A stretch of 64,000 bases of DNA. Origin: Callorhinchus milii. Lineage: Eukaryota. Position 1 is the stretch's first letter. Every line of letters begins with the position of its first letter. Position numbers and translations under genes: made by a program. The stretch is from positions 73,100,001 through 73,164,000 of the forward strand of contig NW_024704743.1 in the NCBI RefSeq assembly GCF_018977255.1, in the 5' to 3' direction. The notes below the pieces were generated by a model. It was not told where the DNA came from. It searched no databases and saw only the letters and a list, made by a program, of their open reading frames with translations. Of the stretch, positions 50,915-63,480 are shown in pieces.

Positions 50915-52110
50915 CTGTAAACATAAATGACTTGGATTTGCAGATTTAATGCAATGAGTCCTCTGAACTCCTCCCCCTCTGGAAGGCAGTCACATTTTCA
51001 GAAGACACTAAATTAAGTGGGGACTGTAGACTTAGAGGAAAGGAAGGAGATAGTCAAGATCTTACAAAAGTAACTCAATAGGGATTGCATCTGTGCTGAT
51101 CACATGCAAATTAAATTCAATACAATTACTGCATATGGTAAGTAAAAATAGGAGGCATGTATACTCCATTCATGGAATAGACCTCACCAAGGTGAATTTG
51201 GTTGAGACTTAATAGTCTTAGTTGGGTTGTCATTTCCCATGCCTAAACTGTGTGAGGCAGTAAGTAATAAAGCAATAATGGATACAGATCTCAGTACCAA
51301 ATGTGCTTAATTCAATTCAAATCTCCGGAAGTCATGTCTGGCTTTTTGTGTCTTTTCATCAGGCCACACCTGGACACTATATAGCTTTATGACATAAGGG
51401 AGCATTCAGATCCTAGAGATAATGCAGGAGAACAATGCCTCTGATCTCCATTGTTAAATGGATGAGCTGAAGGAAAAACTGGAGTGTCAGCTTGGCCCAT
51501 TTCATAGCTTCTCTTTTTGAATTGTGCAGTGGGATCTTTAATGACTGAACTGGCAAAAGGGATCATGGTTTAATGCCTTATATGAAGCACCTCCGAAAAT
51601 TCAGAGCTTCCCAACACTGCATTGGAGTGACTGCCTGGTCTAAGCTCAAAGCTTTAGGCTTGAACCTTCTCATTCAACCCTCTGACTCAGAGGTGATAGT
51701 TCTACCAACTGAGCCAGTCTGACACTACCCAGGCTCATCCTTGGTATTATACTGATAAATCTCTGCAGCCTTTCTATGGCCCCGATATCTTTGCTAAAGT
51801 GACTGCTATCAACTGAGCCAGGCTGTGACCTGACCACTAAACTTATTAAGAAAAAAAGAAATTAAATCTGGAATAATATTTTCAGAAACGGCAATACAGC
51901 AGGACAAGATGACACAGGTTCAGGGTTTTAAAGAGCAAGTTTAGGGCAAACACCCAAAAATATTTCTTTACATGGAGAGTATTCAACATTGGTAATATGT
52001 TGTAAAAAGTGTGGTATCGGCTAGGACACTGGATTCATTTAAACATCTTGATGCTGTATTGGGAAGAGAGAGTTGGTATTTTAGATGGAGAAGATCAAAT
52101 GGGGTGAATC
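50915..52110 (+). mobile_element. Old CR1 RT fragment split by a minus-strand Deu-SINE (~51481-51730)
   Basis: ttttcagaagacactaaatta (FSEDTKL, resembling FADDTKL), aggccacacctgg (RPHL), CR1-like 3' region at 51880-52110. Confidence 0.65.
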
Positions 52111-52494
52111 GAGGTGTGGCCAAATTGTAATCTTCAATTAAATTTATTTTCGATGTAATCAGACTTGAGTTTGTTCCCTGCCTATTTGAGCAGGAAGCTT
52201 ACTGAGTAGTATTGTCTCCCCAGTGGATTGAATTCAAGTTCCTTGTTCTCGTGTTCAAATCCCTCCATGGCCTCGCCCACCCGACTCTACAACTCTACCA
52301 CCTCAGCTGCTCCCTCAGCTTGACAAGCACCAGCCTGCTTCATGTTCCGTCGCAACCTGTCTCGCCATTGGTGAGAATGTTTTCAGCCATTCTGCCTCCC
52401 TCTTTGGAACTTCATACGAGTTCTCTGCCTCGCCTTGTACCTTCAATAAAAACTCCTAATTTACCACCCACCCAAATCCTCCCCCACCTTCATC

Positions 52495-55253
52495 TCTGAT
52501 ATCTCCACCCTTCCAGCTTCCCTCTGCCTCTGCTCCGACCGCCTCATCATTTTAGGTGACTTGAACCTCCACTTCACCCCCTCTTGCTCCACCTCCTCAG
52601 ACTTCTCCTCTCTCAACCTTTCTCTCCACATCCACTCTGCTACCCATGTTTACGGCCATCTGCTTGACCTGGTGATCACCCGGGGCCTCAGCGTCTTGGA
52701 TGTCACCATCACCGACAAGGCCATCTCTGACCACCATTTCATCTCTCTCAACTCCTATATTCCTCTCCCCACTGCCTCCAGACCTACCACCATCTCCTAC
52801 TGCCCATGGAAGAAGATCTCCCCACAATCCCTCTCTGCTGCCCTGGAGTCCTCTGAATTCCTCCCCCTCTGGCCCACCTCCTGCACCAACCCATCCTCTG
52901 CATTTACTCTCCTCCACAGCACCCTCTCCACCACACTTGACGTCATTAACCCCCTCACCTCCCAAACTGCCTCCTATTCCCGATCCTCACCCTGGTTCAC
53001 CAGCCACTTCCGCTCGCTTAAGGGCCAGGTGCAAGCTGCCGAATGCACTTGGCTCAAATCGCCTAATGGTCCACCGGCACATCTGGCTGGACCTCATCAA
53101 AACCTACCAATCTGCAAAATAGTCCTTCTATTCCAGGTTAACCCTGGAGACAAAGGGCAACCCCAAGCTCCTGTTCTCCACCACCAACCAGCTCCTCCGC
53201 CCTCCCCGCCACGCCTTGCAGATTCTTTCCTCCGATTCCCACTACAAGGAAATGCTGAATTTCCTCAAGTCCAAAATCGAGGGAATCCACTCAGCTGCCA
53301 CTGCCCTCCCAACTTCCACCCCCCACCCACACTCCGACCACTACCCATCCCTCTTTTCACACCTTTGAACCTGTCACCCCCTCCTGTATCATCACTTTCA
53401 TATCCTCCATGAAACCCACCACCTGCTCCCTGGACCCCATGCCCACCCCTCTCCTTAAATCCCAGATCCACCTCCTTGCCTCACTACTTGCCAACATTAT
53501 CAACCTCTCCCTGTCATCTGCCACTGTTCCTACCCCCCTCAAAACAGCCACTATCACCCTCACCTTGAAGAAACCTTCCCTCGACCCAACACAGCTATCC
53601 AGCAACCAGCCCATCTCCAACCTCATTTTTCTGTCCAAGGTCCTTGAGAGAGCTGTTGCCTCCCAGCTTTGCTCTTTCCTCCCATTCCCTCCATGAGCCC
53701 CTCCAATCGGGTTTCCGTGCTGCCCACACCACTGCTCTGGTCAAGGTCACAATGACATCCTGACCATGTGTGACTAGAGCTCCCTCTGCCTCCTCATCCT
53801 CCTTGACTTCTTCGCTGCTTTTGACACCGTAGACCATTCAATCCTCCTCCACTGCCTCTCCTCCCACCTCAACCTCCAAGGTTTCTGTCCTTGACTGGTT
53901 CAGGTCCTACCTGTCTCCACTTCGTCTCAGCTAATAGCTTCTCCTCCAGCCCCCGCACCGTCTCGTGCGGCGTTTCTGAGGGCTCTGTCCTTGGGCACCT
54001 CCTCTTCACTCTCTACATGCTCCCCCTTGGAGACATCATCCGCAGACATGGGGTAAATTTCCACATGTATGCGGATGACACCCAACTCTATCTCTCTGCC
54101 TCCACCCTCAATTCCAGGACTACTGGTGTCCAGACCGACTGCCTGTCCGACATCAAGTCCTGGACGAGGGAAATCTTTCTCCAGCTGAACTTTAGCAAGA
54201 CTGAGGCCCTCCTGATTGGCTCACGCCAGCGCCTCCGCACCTTGGGCGCTGGCAAGATCAGCATCCACGGCTGCACACTCAACTTCACTAAGCCAGTCAG
54301 GAACCTGGGTGTTTTGTTTGACCCTGAACTGTCCTTTCTCCCTCACATCCGCGCCATGACCGGCACTTGACTTCCACTCAATTCCCACCAACAGCTGAGA
54401 ATGATAGCTCCTTATATAAATAAATCCCAGTCATAAACTTGTGTCCTAGAACAATGTGACATTGGGTGTTGAAGTTCCAGTGAGATGTGTCACCTCCATC
54501 CCCAAAGGATGATAGAAGTGGTGAAGGGTTGATGTATAGAGACATTTTATGGTGTTGAACAAGGTTAAGAACATCGGAGCTGGAGGTGAGAAGACATCTG
54601 CCTACCACCACCTCCGCAACATTGCCAGACTCCGCCACTGCCTCACCCCTCAGGCTGCCGAAACCCTTACCCACGCATTCGTCACATCAAGGCTTGATTA
54701 TGGAAATTCCCTCCTCATCGGCTTTCCCAACTCTTCCCTTCACAAGCTGCAGATCATCCAAACCGCTGCAGCTCATGTACTGTCATCCATCAGGCTCCGT
54801 GGCCCCATTACTCCCACCCTCGCCCGATTCCACAGGCTCCCCATCCCTCAGAGGATCGAATTCAAGATCCTTGTCCTCACTTTCAAGGCCATCCATGACC
54901 TCGCCCCCTCCTACCTTTCTGACCTGCTGACTCCCTACCAACCTGCCCGCTCCCTCCGTTCATCGGGCTCTGGCCTGCTCCATGTCTCCCGCTCGACCCG
55001 CCCTTGGTGGCCGAGCTTTCAGCCTCTCTGCCCTCACACTGGAAATCCATCCCATAGTCCCTTCACCTCGCTTCCTCCCTTGCCTCCTTCAAGGCTGGTC
55101 TCAAGACTCTACTCTTCAATCGTACCTTGGAACGCCCTCCCACCTCTCTGCCTTCCCTCACCCTTACCCCACCCCTTCCCCATGCTCAGGTCCTGACCTT
55201 GGAACGTCCTCCCGACCTGAAAGGTGCTCTATAAATGTAATTTTGTTGTTGTT
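52495..55253 (+). mobile_element. Longest L2 in the window: AP-endonuclease C-terminus, RT and tail, with a ~230-bp foreign insert at ~54367-54596
   Basis: IILGDLNLH, GHLLDLVITRG and ISDHHFI (APE motifs). Then [31 protein letters not shown]. Multiple frameshifts. Confidence 0.95.
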
Positions 55254-55418
55254 CCCACCTTTAAAACCCTCCTTAAGTCCTTTTTGTGCCCATGCTTTTG
55301 CCCACAAACTACACATTCAATCCACTTTACAATATATACTGTGAAGCACTTTGAGACGTCTCAATACCGTGACAAAGCACAATATCAAATGCAAGGATTA
55401 TTGGATTATTATATATTA

Positions 55419-55714
55419 TTAGAGCACTCACCTTGCAAGCGAGACACCTGGGTTCATTTCCAGGCAGACCAAAACGTTGGGCAAGTTTCTTTACTCCAGA
55501 CGCCTAATAATAATCCCTCCAAAACAAAACAATAATAAATTGGTCATTTTCAATCCACGACTGTTTGTGGGACACTGCTGTGTGCAATTGGCTGCCTGGT
55601 TTCGCCCACAAATATACGGTCAATTCACTTTACAGTATATTCTGTGAAGCGCTTTGAGACGTCTAGAAGACATGAAAAGCGCTATATCAAATGCAAGGAT
55701 TATTATTATTATTA
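55419..55714 (+). mobile_element. tRNA-derived SINE, short form, 5'-clipped, preceded by another SINE tail (~55285-55402)
   Basis: agagcactcaccttgcaagcgag head, body and (TTA)n tail. Confidence 0.88.
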
Positions 55715-55822
55715 CCTTTCTTCTACCCTCCCTCCCACCACCACCTTTCTCATCTCTCCCACTTGCTCTGGCTTCCAGTCGGCTCTATGAAGCACTTTGA
55801 GATGTCCTCTTCAATGTGTAAC

Positions 55823-56545
55823 ACAACAACAAAATTACATTTGTATTGCGCCTTTCAAATTGGGAGGACGTCCCAAGGTGCTGGACAGACAGAGCTTGGA
55901 CCTGAGCTGGAGGTTGGGGTGGGGGGGAAGCAGGAAGATCGAAAGCACAGTCGAAGAGGAGAGTTTTGAGATGGGTCTTGAAGATGACGAGGGAAGGGGC
56001 GAGGTGGAAGGACTACGGGATGGATTTCCAGAGGTGGGTACAGAGTGGCGGAAGGCCCGACCACCAATAGTGGGGCGAGCGAGGCAGGGAACGTGAAGCA
56101 GGACTGCTAAGCGAGGGAACGAACAGGATGGTAGGGGGTTAGGAGTCGCAGACGTTGGGGGAACAAGTCCATGGAGGGCTTTGAAGGTGAGGACCAGGAT
56201 ATTGAACTGCATCCTCTGTGTGATGGAAAGTCAGTGGAGTTGGGCAAGGATGGGGGTGATGGGTCACGGAGCCTAGTGCTGGAGAGGACACGGGCTGCAG
56301 AGTTCTGAATGATCTGCAGCTCGTGGAGGGAGGAGTTGGGGAGGCCGACAAGCAATGAGTTTGCATAGTTGAGCCTCGATGTAATGAAAGCGTGTATGAG
56401 GGTTTCGGCAGCCTGCGGTGTGAGACAGTGGCGGAGCCAGGCGATGTTGCGGAGGTGAGGGAAGGCAGAGCTGGTCATAGCGCAGATGTGGGGTAGAAAG
56501 GATAGTTGAGGGTCAAACAAGACCCCAAGGTTCCAGATTAGCTTA
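55823..56545 (-). mobile_element. L2 3' fragment
   Basis: ORF 56107..56595: [12 protein letters not shown]...SRLNYANSLL...IQNSAAR. Tail at 55823. Confidence 0.92.
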
Positions 56546-57076
56546 GCAAGGTGGAGTGTAAGATGCTTATATAAATGTAAAATGATTTTTTTCATGTCAA
56601 CTCAGGCTGCACTCGAACACCTGCAGTGAACATTAAGATTAAAGAAGCATGAATGGACAAGATCCAAAAATCTACGAACTCCAGATTTCATTGCTACCTT
56701 CTGAACATGCTAATTTAAGGGAGATTTATACCCCGAATTATCTTTATACAGACAGAATAATTGCAGCATGTTCTACATTTGTCTGTGTCCAAAATGTAAT
56801 AAATTATGTTTAGTTATACAGCAGAATTTTTGTAGATAGCAGAGGTCTGAAGAAAATTTGTTAATGACAAACTCAAATGTTTCAACCTAGTTAGCAGATT
56901 TACACTGATAATGTTTATGTTAAGTGATTGTTCTTGTACTTAGTAAATGATATCAAACTCTTACTGACCACAAAAAAGCCATCCAATTTGTAGAGTGAAT
57001 CTACACAATCCTTGTGGACTCTTGCAGAGCTCTAAGTGCTCTGAGAGGGCACTATATAAGTGCAACTTGTTGCTAA

Positions 57077-57427
57077 AGCTCAGTTGTTAGAGGACTCACC
57101 TCACAAGCGAGAGACCCGAGTTCGATGACCGGCAGGGCGAAACGTAGAGCAGGTTTCCTTACTCCACATGCCTTTGTTTTCCGAGCAGTAAATAGAAACC
57201 TGGTTGTTAGTCGATTGGTGGATCGCTTTCTGTGGGTAATAATTCCTTCTAAAACAATTCTAATAATTTGGTCCACGATTGTTTATTGGACATTGCTGTT
57301 TGCAATTGGCTTTGGTATTTCACCAACAAAATATAATGAATTCAGTATAATATGTGAAGCACTTTGAGATGGCCCGAAGACGTGATAAGGCTCTTTATCA
57401 AATGCAAGGATTATTTATTATTATTAT
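57077..57427 (+). mobile_element. tRNA-derived SINE, long form
   Basis: agctcagttgttagag head, agcagtaaatagaaacctgg middle, (TTA)n tail. Confidence 0.85.
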
Positions 57428-58655
57428 AATCCTCATACATTAACATGCCAGATTAGATACTTTAGTCTCATAGTGGTGTTACACTATCTTTACCCCGAGA
57501 TTTTGTGTGAAAAATTAAACCGGTAGGAGTAGCTTGGGAATATTCAGGTAGAATTGCAGCATTTAAAATTCCCATTCATTATAAAATTCTACTTTACAGA
57601 TACCATATTGTATGCAATGATGCCACAATGTAGGGATAGGGGGACAATGGAAAGTAAATTGAAGACATTTTTTATATGTGCTCCAGAGGAATGAATAAAA
57701 TGTGCCTGTGCTTTCTGCAACCATTATGTTCCTTTAGCTAGTGGAAGTGAAAAGTTTATTCTGCGAAAGATTTCAGGAACACTTCTGATTGCCACTTTTA
57801 AAAGAGAGGAAGAAAGAAAGAGAGAGAGAAAAAAAATCTGGGTAACTGCAGAAACATTCACTTCATCTCTTGTTGGATTTCAATGTCAGCCACTTCTTTC
57901 TTTTGTTCATTCTCTTTCAAAGTTGTAACAATACATTGCTGGAATAGATTTCAAGCAGATTTCAATGTGGCATCCAGCAAAGAAAGGCAGGTCCTCCGAT
58001 CCAATGCAGTACAGTATATTATCACACCATAGACAAACACAAAATAATCTGCCCAAAAAACACAGCTCTCAACTCTGATGGAGGCTTTATGGGCACGCAG
58101 ATGTCAGGAAACTGCCTGCTTCAACTCACATCTTTTCTTATAGAGAACCAAATAAAATCTTCATCATAACAAATCATTTCTTGTGCTCATAATGTAAGAT
58201 GAACCACAAACTCAGTAATAAATTTTGCCTGGACTTCAATTTTTCAAGCTACTGGAGGAAGAAGTCAGATTATGTGTCAAAAAATCACAGGCCGATAAAT
58301 GCTGCCAGTTTACCAAATGTTGATCAGACTCCAATCATCCTTTTATTTTATTATGTAGCCTCATTCTTTCCTGTTCAGTATTTACTTATTCTGTCGTATT
58401 CCTGATGTGAATTTTACAGTGGAACCAGATTGAACAGCATTTTTAAAAAACAGTTTCCTTCCCTGCACTTGCCTCTTCAAGATGTTGATTTCAGACTGGG
58501 ACACGGTGCACAAATAGTGCCAGCTCACCGGTATCTCACCTGATCGGATACTCCCCAGGTGCTTTGAGTAATATCAGACAGATTGATTTGGTAGAGCTTT
58601 ACAGTCAAACTCAATCCTGTCCTCAACTGATGATATCCATACATAATAATAACAC

Positions 58656-59000
58656 AGTAATAATCCTTGCTTTTGATATAGTGCCATATCATGTTAGGAG
58701 GACGTCTCAAAGTTCTACAAATGATTTATTGTATTTTGTAAGTGAAGGTGGCAGCTAATTTGCACACAGCAGCCATTAAGTGAATAACTAATTTATCTCG
58801 GAAATTCTTGGCCAGGACACCAGGAGAAACTCCCTCTTTGAATAGTGCCCTGAGAACTTTAACGTCCACCTAAACAGGCAGACAGAACCACAGTTTAACG
58901 TCTCCTCTAAAGAACAAAACCTCTGACAATGCAGTGTTCCCCAGCATCGAACTGGATTGTTAGTCTAGACTGAGTTCAAAGCCTTGAAGTGGGGTTTGAA
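58656..59000 (-). mobile_element. Deu-domain SINE
   Basis: ggccaggacaccaggagaaactccc...aacgtccacctaaacaggcagac...gtttaacgtctc reverse Deu core. Another copy at ~61494-61780. Confidence 0.78.
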
Positions 59001-60050
59001 GCTCTCTTGCTGTAAACTACCCAGTGTTAATACTCTGCTGAAGTGCTTCATGAATAATTTAATTACTACCGCCAAGTAAATAGAACAACTCTGCCATGAA
59101 GCTAAGAAAATGGGTAGATTCCACTAGAGTACTATTATTTCCCTAATTGACTTGCTTTTCCAGATGGAACATTTTAATGAAAGAAATCTACTTACATGCA
59201 ATTCAATTGCAATGCATTCTTAAATTTGCAGTGGGTTTTGTGGGGAGATTGCAATCTGTAACAATGCTTTGTTCATCAGGTCCCTTGTATTGTTCCTCAT
59301 TCCATTACAAACTGGAGTCAGTTCACTGTGATAGTATCTTCCAGCAGAATTTAGCAGAAAACCTCCTTGGTCTTCGGGTGGAGTGCAATATCAGTATAAT
59401 TTATGGAGGTGGGGCAGTCACTCACAACGTCTATTTTATAACAAGGCTTTAATAGCTCTCAATTTCGTTAATGCAATGGATCCATGTAAACACCGATAGA
59501 TCTATGCGGTACAGAATTAGGATGAAGATCTGTGGCGTGTCCAAATCTCAAAGGTAATTTTGGAGAGCTCAACATGGCAGGAAAAGGAGCAAATCACTTA
59601 TTGCTGTGATCTGTTTATGTACCTCGAATATTTATAATAAAATAATACTCCTTGCATTTGATAAGGCGTCTAATCATATCATCGAGACATCTCAAAGCAC
59701 CTCACTGTAAAGTGTGTATTTTGCATATACTGTAAAGTGTGTATTTTGCATATTTCGCTAAAATTAGCCAGCCGAGCACTTACGAGCAGGCCAGGAAGAA
59801 AATGTGAAAGCACAAAAATACAATACAAATTTCATTTGTATAGTGTCTTTCACATCGGGAAGATGTCCCAAGGTGCTGGACAGTTAGGGATTTGGACCCA
59901 AGCTGGGCGTTGGGATTGGGAAGGGTGGAGGGCCGGGAAGGTAGGAGTTTGGAGAAGGGTGAGTGTGTAAGGAGTGAGTCTAAACAATGATTTAAAAGAA
60001 ATGAGCAAGCAGTATTGGTTTCACACGTTATCTCTTATACTGAAGCATAC

Positions 60051-60337
60051 TGATTAGGGCACTTGTCTTGCAAGTTCGATTCCCAGCAGGGCGAAACGTT
60101 AGGCAAATTTCCTTGCTCCACCCGCCTCTATTTAGCTAGCAGTAAGTAGGAATCCGGTTGTTAGTTCAAAAATTAATAATAATAGTAATTTGGTCATTCA
60201 ATCCACTGTTTGTGGGACACTGCTGTGCACAATTGTTTGCCGTGTTTTGCCCACAAATATACTTTACAGTATATTCTGTGAAGCGCTTTGAGACGTTTCG
60301 AAGAAGTGATAAGTATCAAATGCTATTGTTATTATTT
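60051..60337 (+). mobile_element. tRNA-derived SINE, long form, decayed
   Basis: gttcgattcccagcagggcgaaac, tagcagtaagtaggaatccgg and tail. Confidence 0.82.
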
Positions 60338-61777
60338 TGAGCAATAAAATTTCATACGTTGCTTTTTCTTTCACAACTTTGCACCACATTGTGATTGAAG
60401 CTTCATACCAATATTTTCACAATAAGAATTCATACTCGCATCAGAGTAGCATAAGAAGAGGTCCTTGCAGCAGGTGAGGGAGTGGGGGAGATGGGTAGAG
60501 GTGAACTGCTACAAAAGGATCATTGGCACAGCAATCGGTGGTTGTTAAATTCACACAGATTGTTTTGCTATTCAAACAGCAGCACCAAACGCTTAAAATT
60601 TTAAAGTGCACTGAGACAAACTTTCATTCTGGTGGGAGCTTGGCTCTGTGTATCAGAAAGGTTGACCTAGTTTTAGTGAGCGGAACTGCTTTTCTTTCTC
60701 TTTCTCTCTGTCTATGCCCTTACGGTTGGAAATATCCGTGGAGGAGAACCACACTAGCTCTCGATATTTTCTGGACAGATTTTCAAAAACATTTGTCTCT
60801 TGAATTGGGAATGTGAATTAGGCTTCCTAACAATAAGAATCCAAGTGAAAATGCTTCTCTTGGTCTGCCTTTTCCTGTCACATTAATAATAAAGTACTGT
60901 TTCCTTGATAAAATAGACATTATAGACGAGCTGAAAAAAACCTTGTGACAGTAGTGGTATAAAATTTACACAATAAGCATGCAGTACTGGGTGGAGGATA
61001 ATGATCATCTCAGTGAATTGCATTGCGGTAATCCAATTGAGGGAGTTCACTGGATGTCCTTTACCACAGAAGTGAAGCTCAAATAGTTTATATTACTCTT
61101 TTCAGAGCTGTGAGATTGGATTACATTTATTGAGAAGTATCTGTTACTATAGATAATGTAGATAAGTTAATGAATTTGCATTACGAATGATGTTTCTTAC
61201 CACTGTGGTGCATTGTTTCATTGTGTCACAAGATGCAGCATGACATTGGGCTCGAATAAAATCTGCTTTTATGATGTTAGTCCCAAAGGTGCATTGTCTG
61301 TATGAGATGGAACCTATGTGTTATCAGGCAATTGTAGCAGGGCATGACTGAAAAAATCCACTGTGTTCGCTTTATAGGCACTGGAGTGAAAAGTGAGGTT
61401 TGTAATGTGATCTTTTACTGCTATGTTATTCCACTTACTCAACACCATGGACAAAGCTTGTTGTAAAGCAGTTTAGGAGTTGATTTTCATGTGATAATCT
61501 TTGCATTTGATGTAATGTTAAACCATCTAAATGTTCTTCACAAGTAGGGAAATGCACCAGCCAATTTAGCACAGCAGGTTCCACAAACAGCTATGAAGTG
61601 ATCGACCAATTTTATCTGAAGGATTATTTGTCAGGACAGTGGGAAACTCCATTCTCTTTTCCAACAGTTCTGATGTGACCTGAACAGACAGGGCCCTCAG
61701 TTTAGCATTTCATCCAAATAATAGCACCATGACAGTGCCGCACTCCCTCAGCCCTCTGGCTGTGGGCTTAAACCCAC

Positions 61778-62335
61778 AACTTGTATTTATATGGTGCCAA
61801 TCAGAGCTTAACAGTGGCAGAGCCCGATGCCGAGCCAGGGAGCTGGGGTTGGTGACTGTAGACATGGTCAAAGAGGAAGGTCTTCAGGTGTGATCTGAAG
61901 ACAGGAAAGGGAAGAGGCAAGGTGGAGGGATTGAGGAAGAGAGCTCAATAGTTTCGGGCACAGTGGTTGAAGTCACAGCCACCAATGGTGGAGCGGACAA
62001 GGGACATGCAGGAGGCCGGAGCCAGCTGAGCAGACGCGGTGGGTAGCGGTGTGGTGGTGTAAGCAGGTCAGAGAAGTAGGGAGGTGCCCAGGAGATTAAA
62101 TGATTTGTAAACCATTGTGAGGATCTTGAATCGATCTGTTCTGTAATAGGGAGCCAGTGGAGTCTGGCGAGGACTGGGGTATGGGGGTACAGAGTTTGGT
62201 GGGGGTGAGGATATGGGTGACAGAGTTTTGAATTTGTGAGATTTTTGTGAATGGTGGAGCTGGGGAGACCAGAGAGGTGAAGGCTGGAGGTGCTGAATGC
62301 GTGGATAAGGGTTTCTGCTGTATTGCAGGTGAGGT
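61778..62335 (-). mobile_element. Old L2 3' fragment
   Basis: ORF 61884..62354: AETLIHAF...LARLHWLPI. Confidence 0.8.
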
Positions 62336-62737
62336 ACACAATACTGATAGTCACAAGAGTGCTACCAACTGAGCCAAGCTGATATGTACATCAGTGTAAT
62401 CTGGACCAAATGCCATTGGAGCATTGTGTTTTACTTAAATCATGAACAGTAGCATTACTTTAACCAAAGCTTAAATGCATCAAAGGTAGATCAATTGGAA
62501 TAGTCCATTCCAATAGTCCATACATTTATTTAACTAAATTAAACTGGACTGTAACCAAAATGGATTTATAGCACATTTTTGTTTGGCCTCTTATGATTGT
62601 CAGCAAATTGAGGACAAGAGGGCTTGAATTCAAAATCGTGACTAGGGAAAAGGAGTAAAAGGTGAAGTTTTGGGAGAACTTAAGAGGGTTATAAGAATAT
62701 GGAATGATTTGCAAGGAAGGCTGTTAACTAATAATAT

Positions 62738-62832
62738 AATAATAATCCTTGCATTTGATATGGTGCCTTATCACGCTTTGAGATGTCTCGAAGATGTGAT
62801 AAGGCACTATATCAAATGCAAGGATTATTATT
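62738..62832. repeat. Fold-back inverted repeat of SINE tail (37-bp arms, 21-nt loop)
   Basis: aataataatccttgcatttgatatggtgccttatcac paired with gtgataaggcactatatcaaatgcaaggattattatt, one G-T mismatch. Confidence 0.95.
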
Positions 62833-63083
62833 GTTTAATAAATCTATGGTTCTAAATAATTAAAGATTTGTAAATGAATGAGCTCTGTTTGTTACAATTA
62901 TATCTGTAAACAACTCTCTTTACCTGTTTCAGTGGCCATTCTCTACCTAACTATCTCTTTTTCGGGAGCTGCGCAATTGATAGCAGTATTACTTCTGACT
63001 GACTATCTTTCCTGCCCACCTATGCAATTACTGTAGATAATATTGTCTTAAATGCTGCGGTACCATTATGATACTACCACACT

Positions 63084-63130
63084 TGTGTGTGTGTGTGTGT
63101 GTGTATGTGTGTCAGTGTGAGAGAGTGAGA
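63084..63130. repeat. (GT)n/(GA)n microsatellite
   Basis: tgtgtgtgtgtgtgtgtgtgtatgtgtg followed by gagagtgaga. Confidence 0.9.
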
Positions 63131-63191
63131 CAAGCTTGATTCACAAAGAAACTCCAAAGCTGTTACTAGCCAACAGTAAAGCTATTATACA

Positions 63192-63480
63192 AGAACAACA
63201 ATTTACATTTATATAGTGCTTTACACATTGGGAGGACTTCTCAAAGTGCTTTATACAGCTGACTGGGAGCCTGAGCTGGCTGTGGGGGAGCTGTGGAAGG
63301 TGGGGTTGGGTGTAAGTGGGTGAAAGAATCGTCAAAAAGAAAGGTCTTTTGGAACGCCTTAATGCTGGGAAGGCAAAGGGCAAGTCAGAAGGTCTTTCGG
63401 ATAGAGTTCCAGAGACCAGTGGCAGAAGGGGCAGCCCTACCAATCACCCCATCATTGGTGGGACTGATTAGGTTGGAGAC
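63192..63480 (-). mobile_element. L2 3' fragment
   Basis: caacaatttacatttatatag reverse tail and aaggtctt...gagttccaga L2 sequence. Confidence 0.8.

Noticed and set aside
52561..53412. 283-aa ORF as an intact endonuclease gene or active L2
   Set aside because: It is a 5'-truncated L2 APE domain with frameshifts and a downstream insertion.
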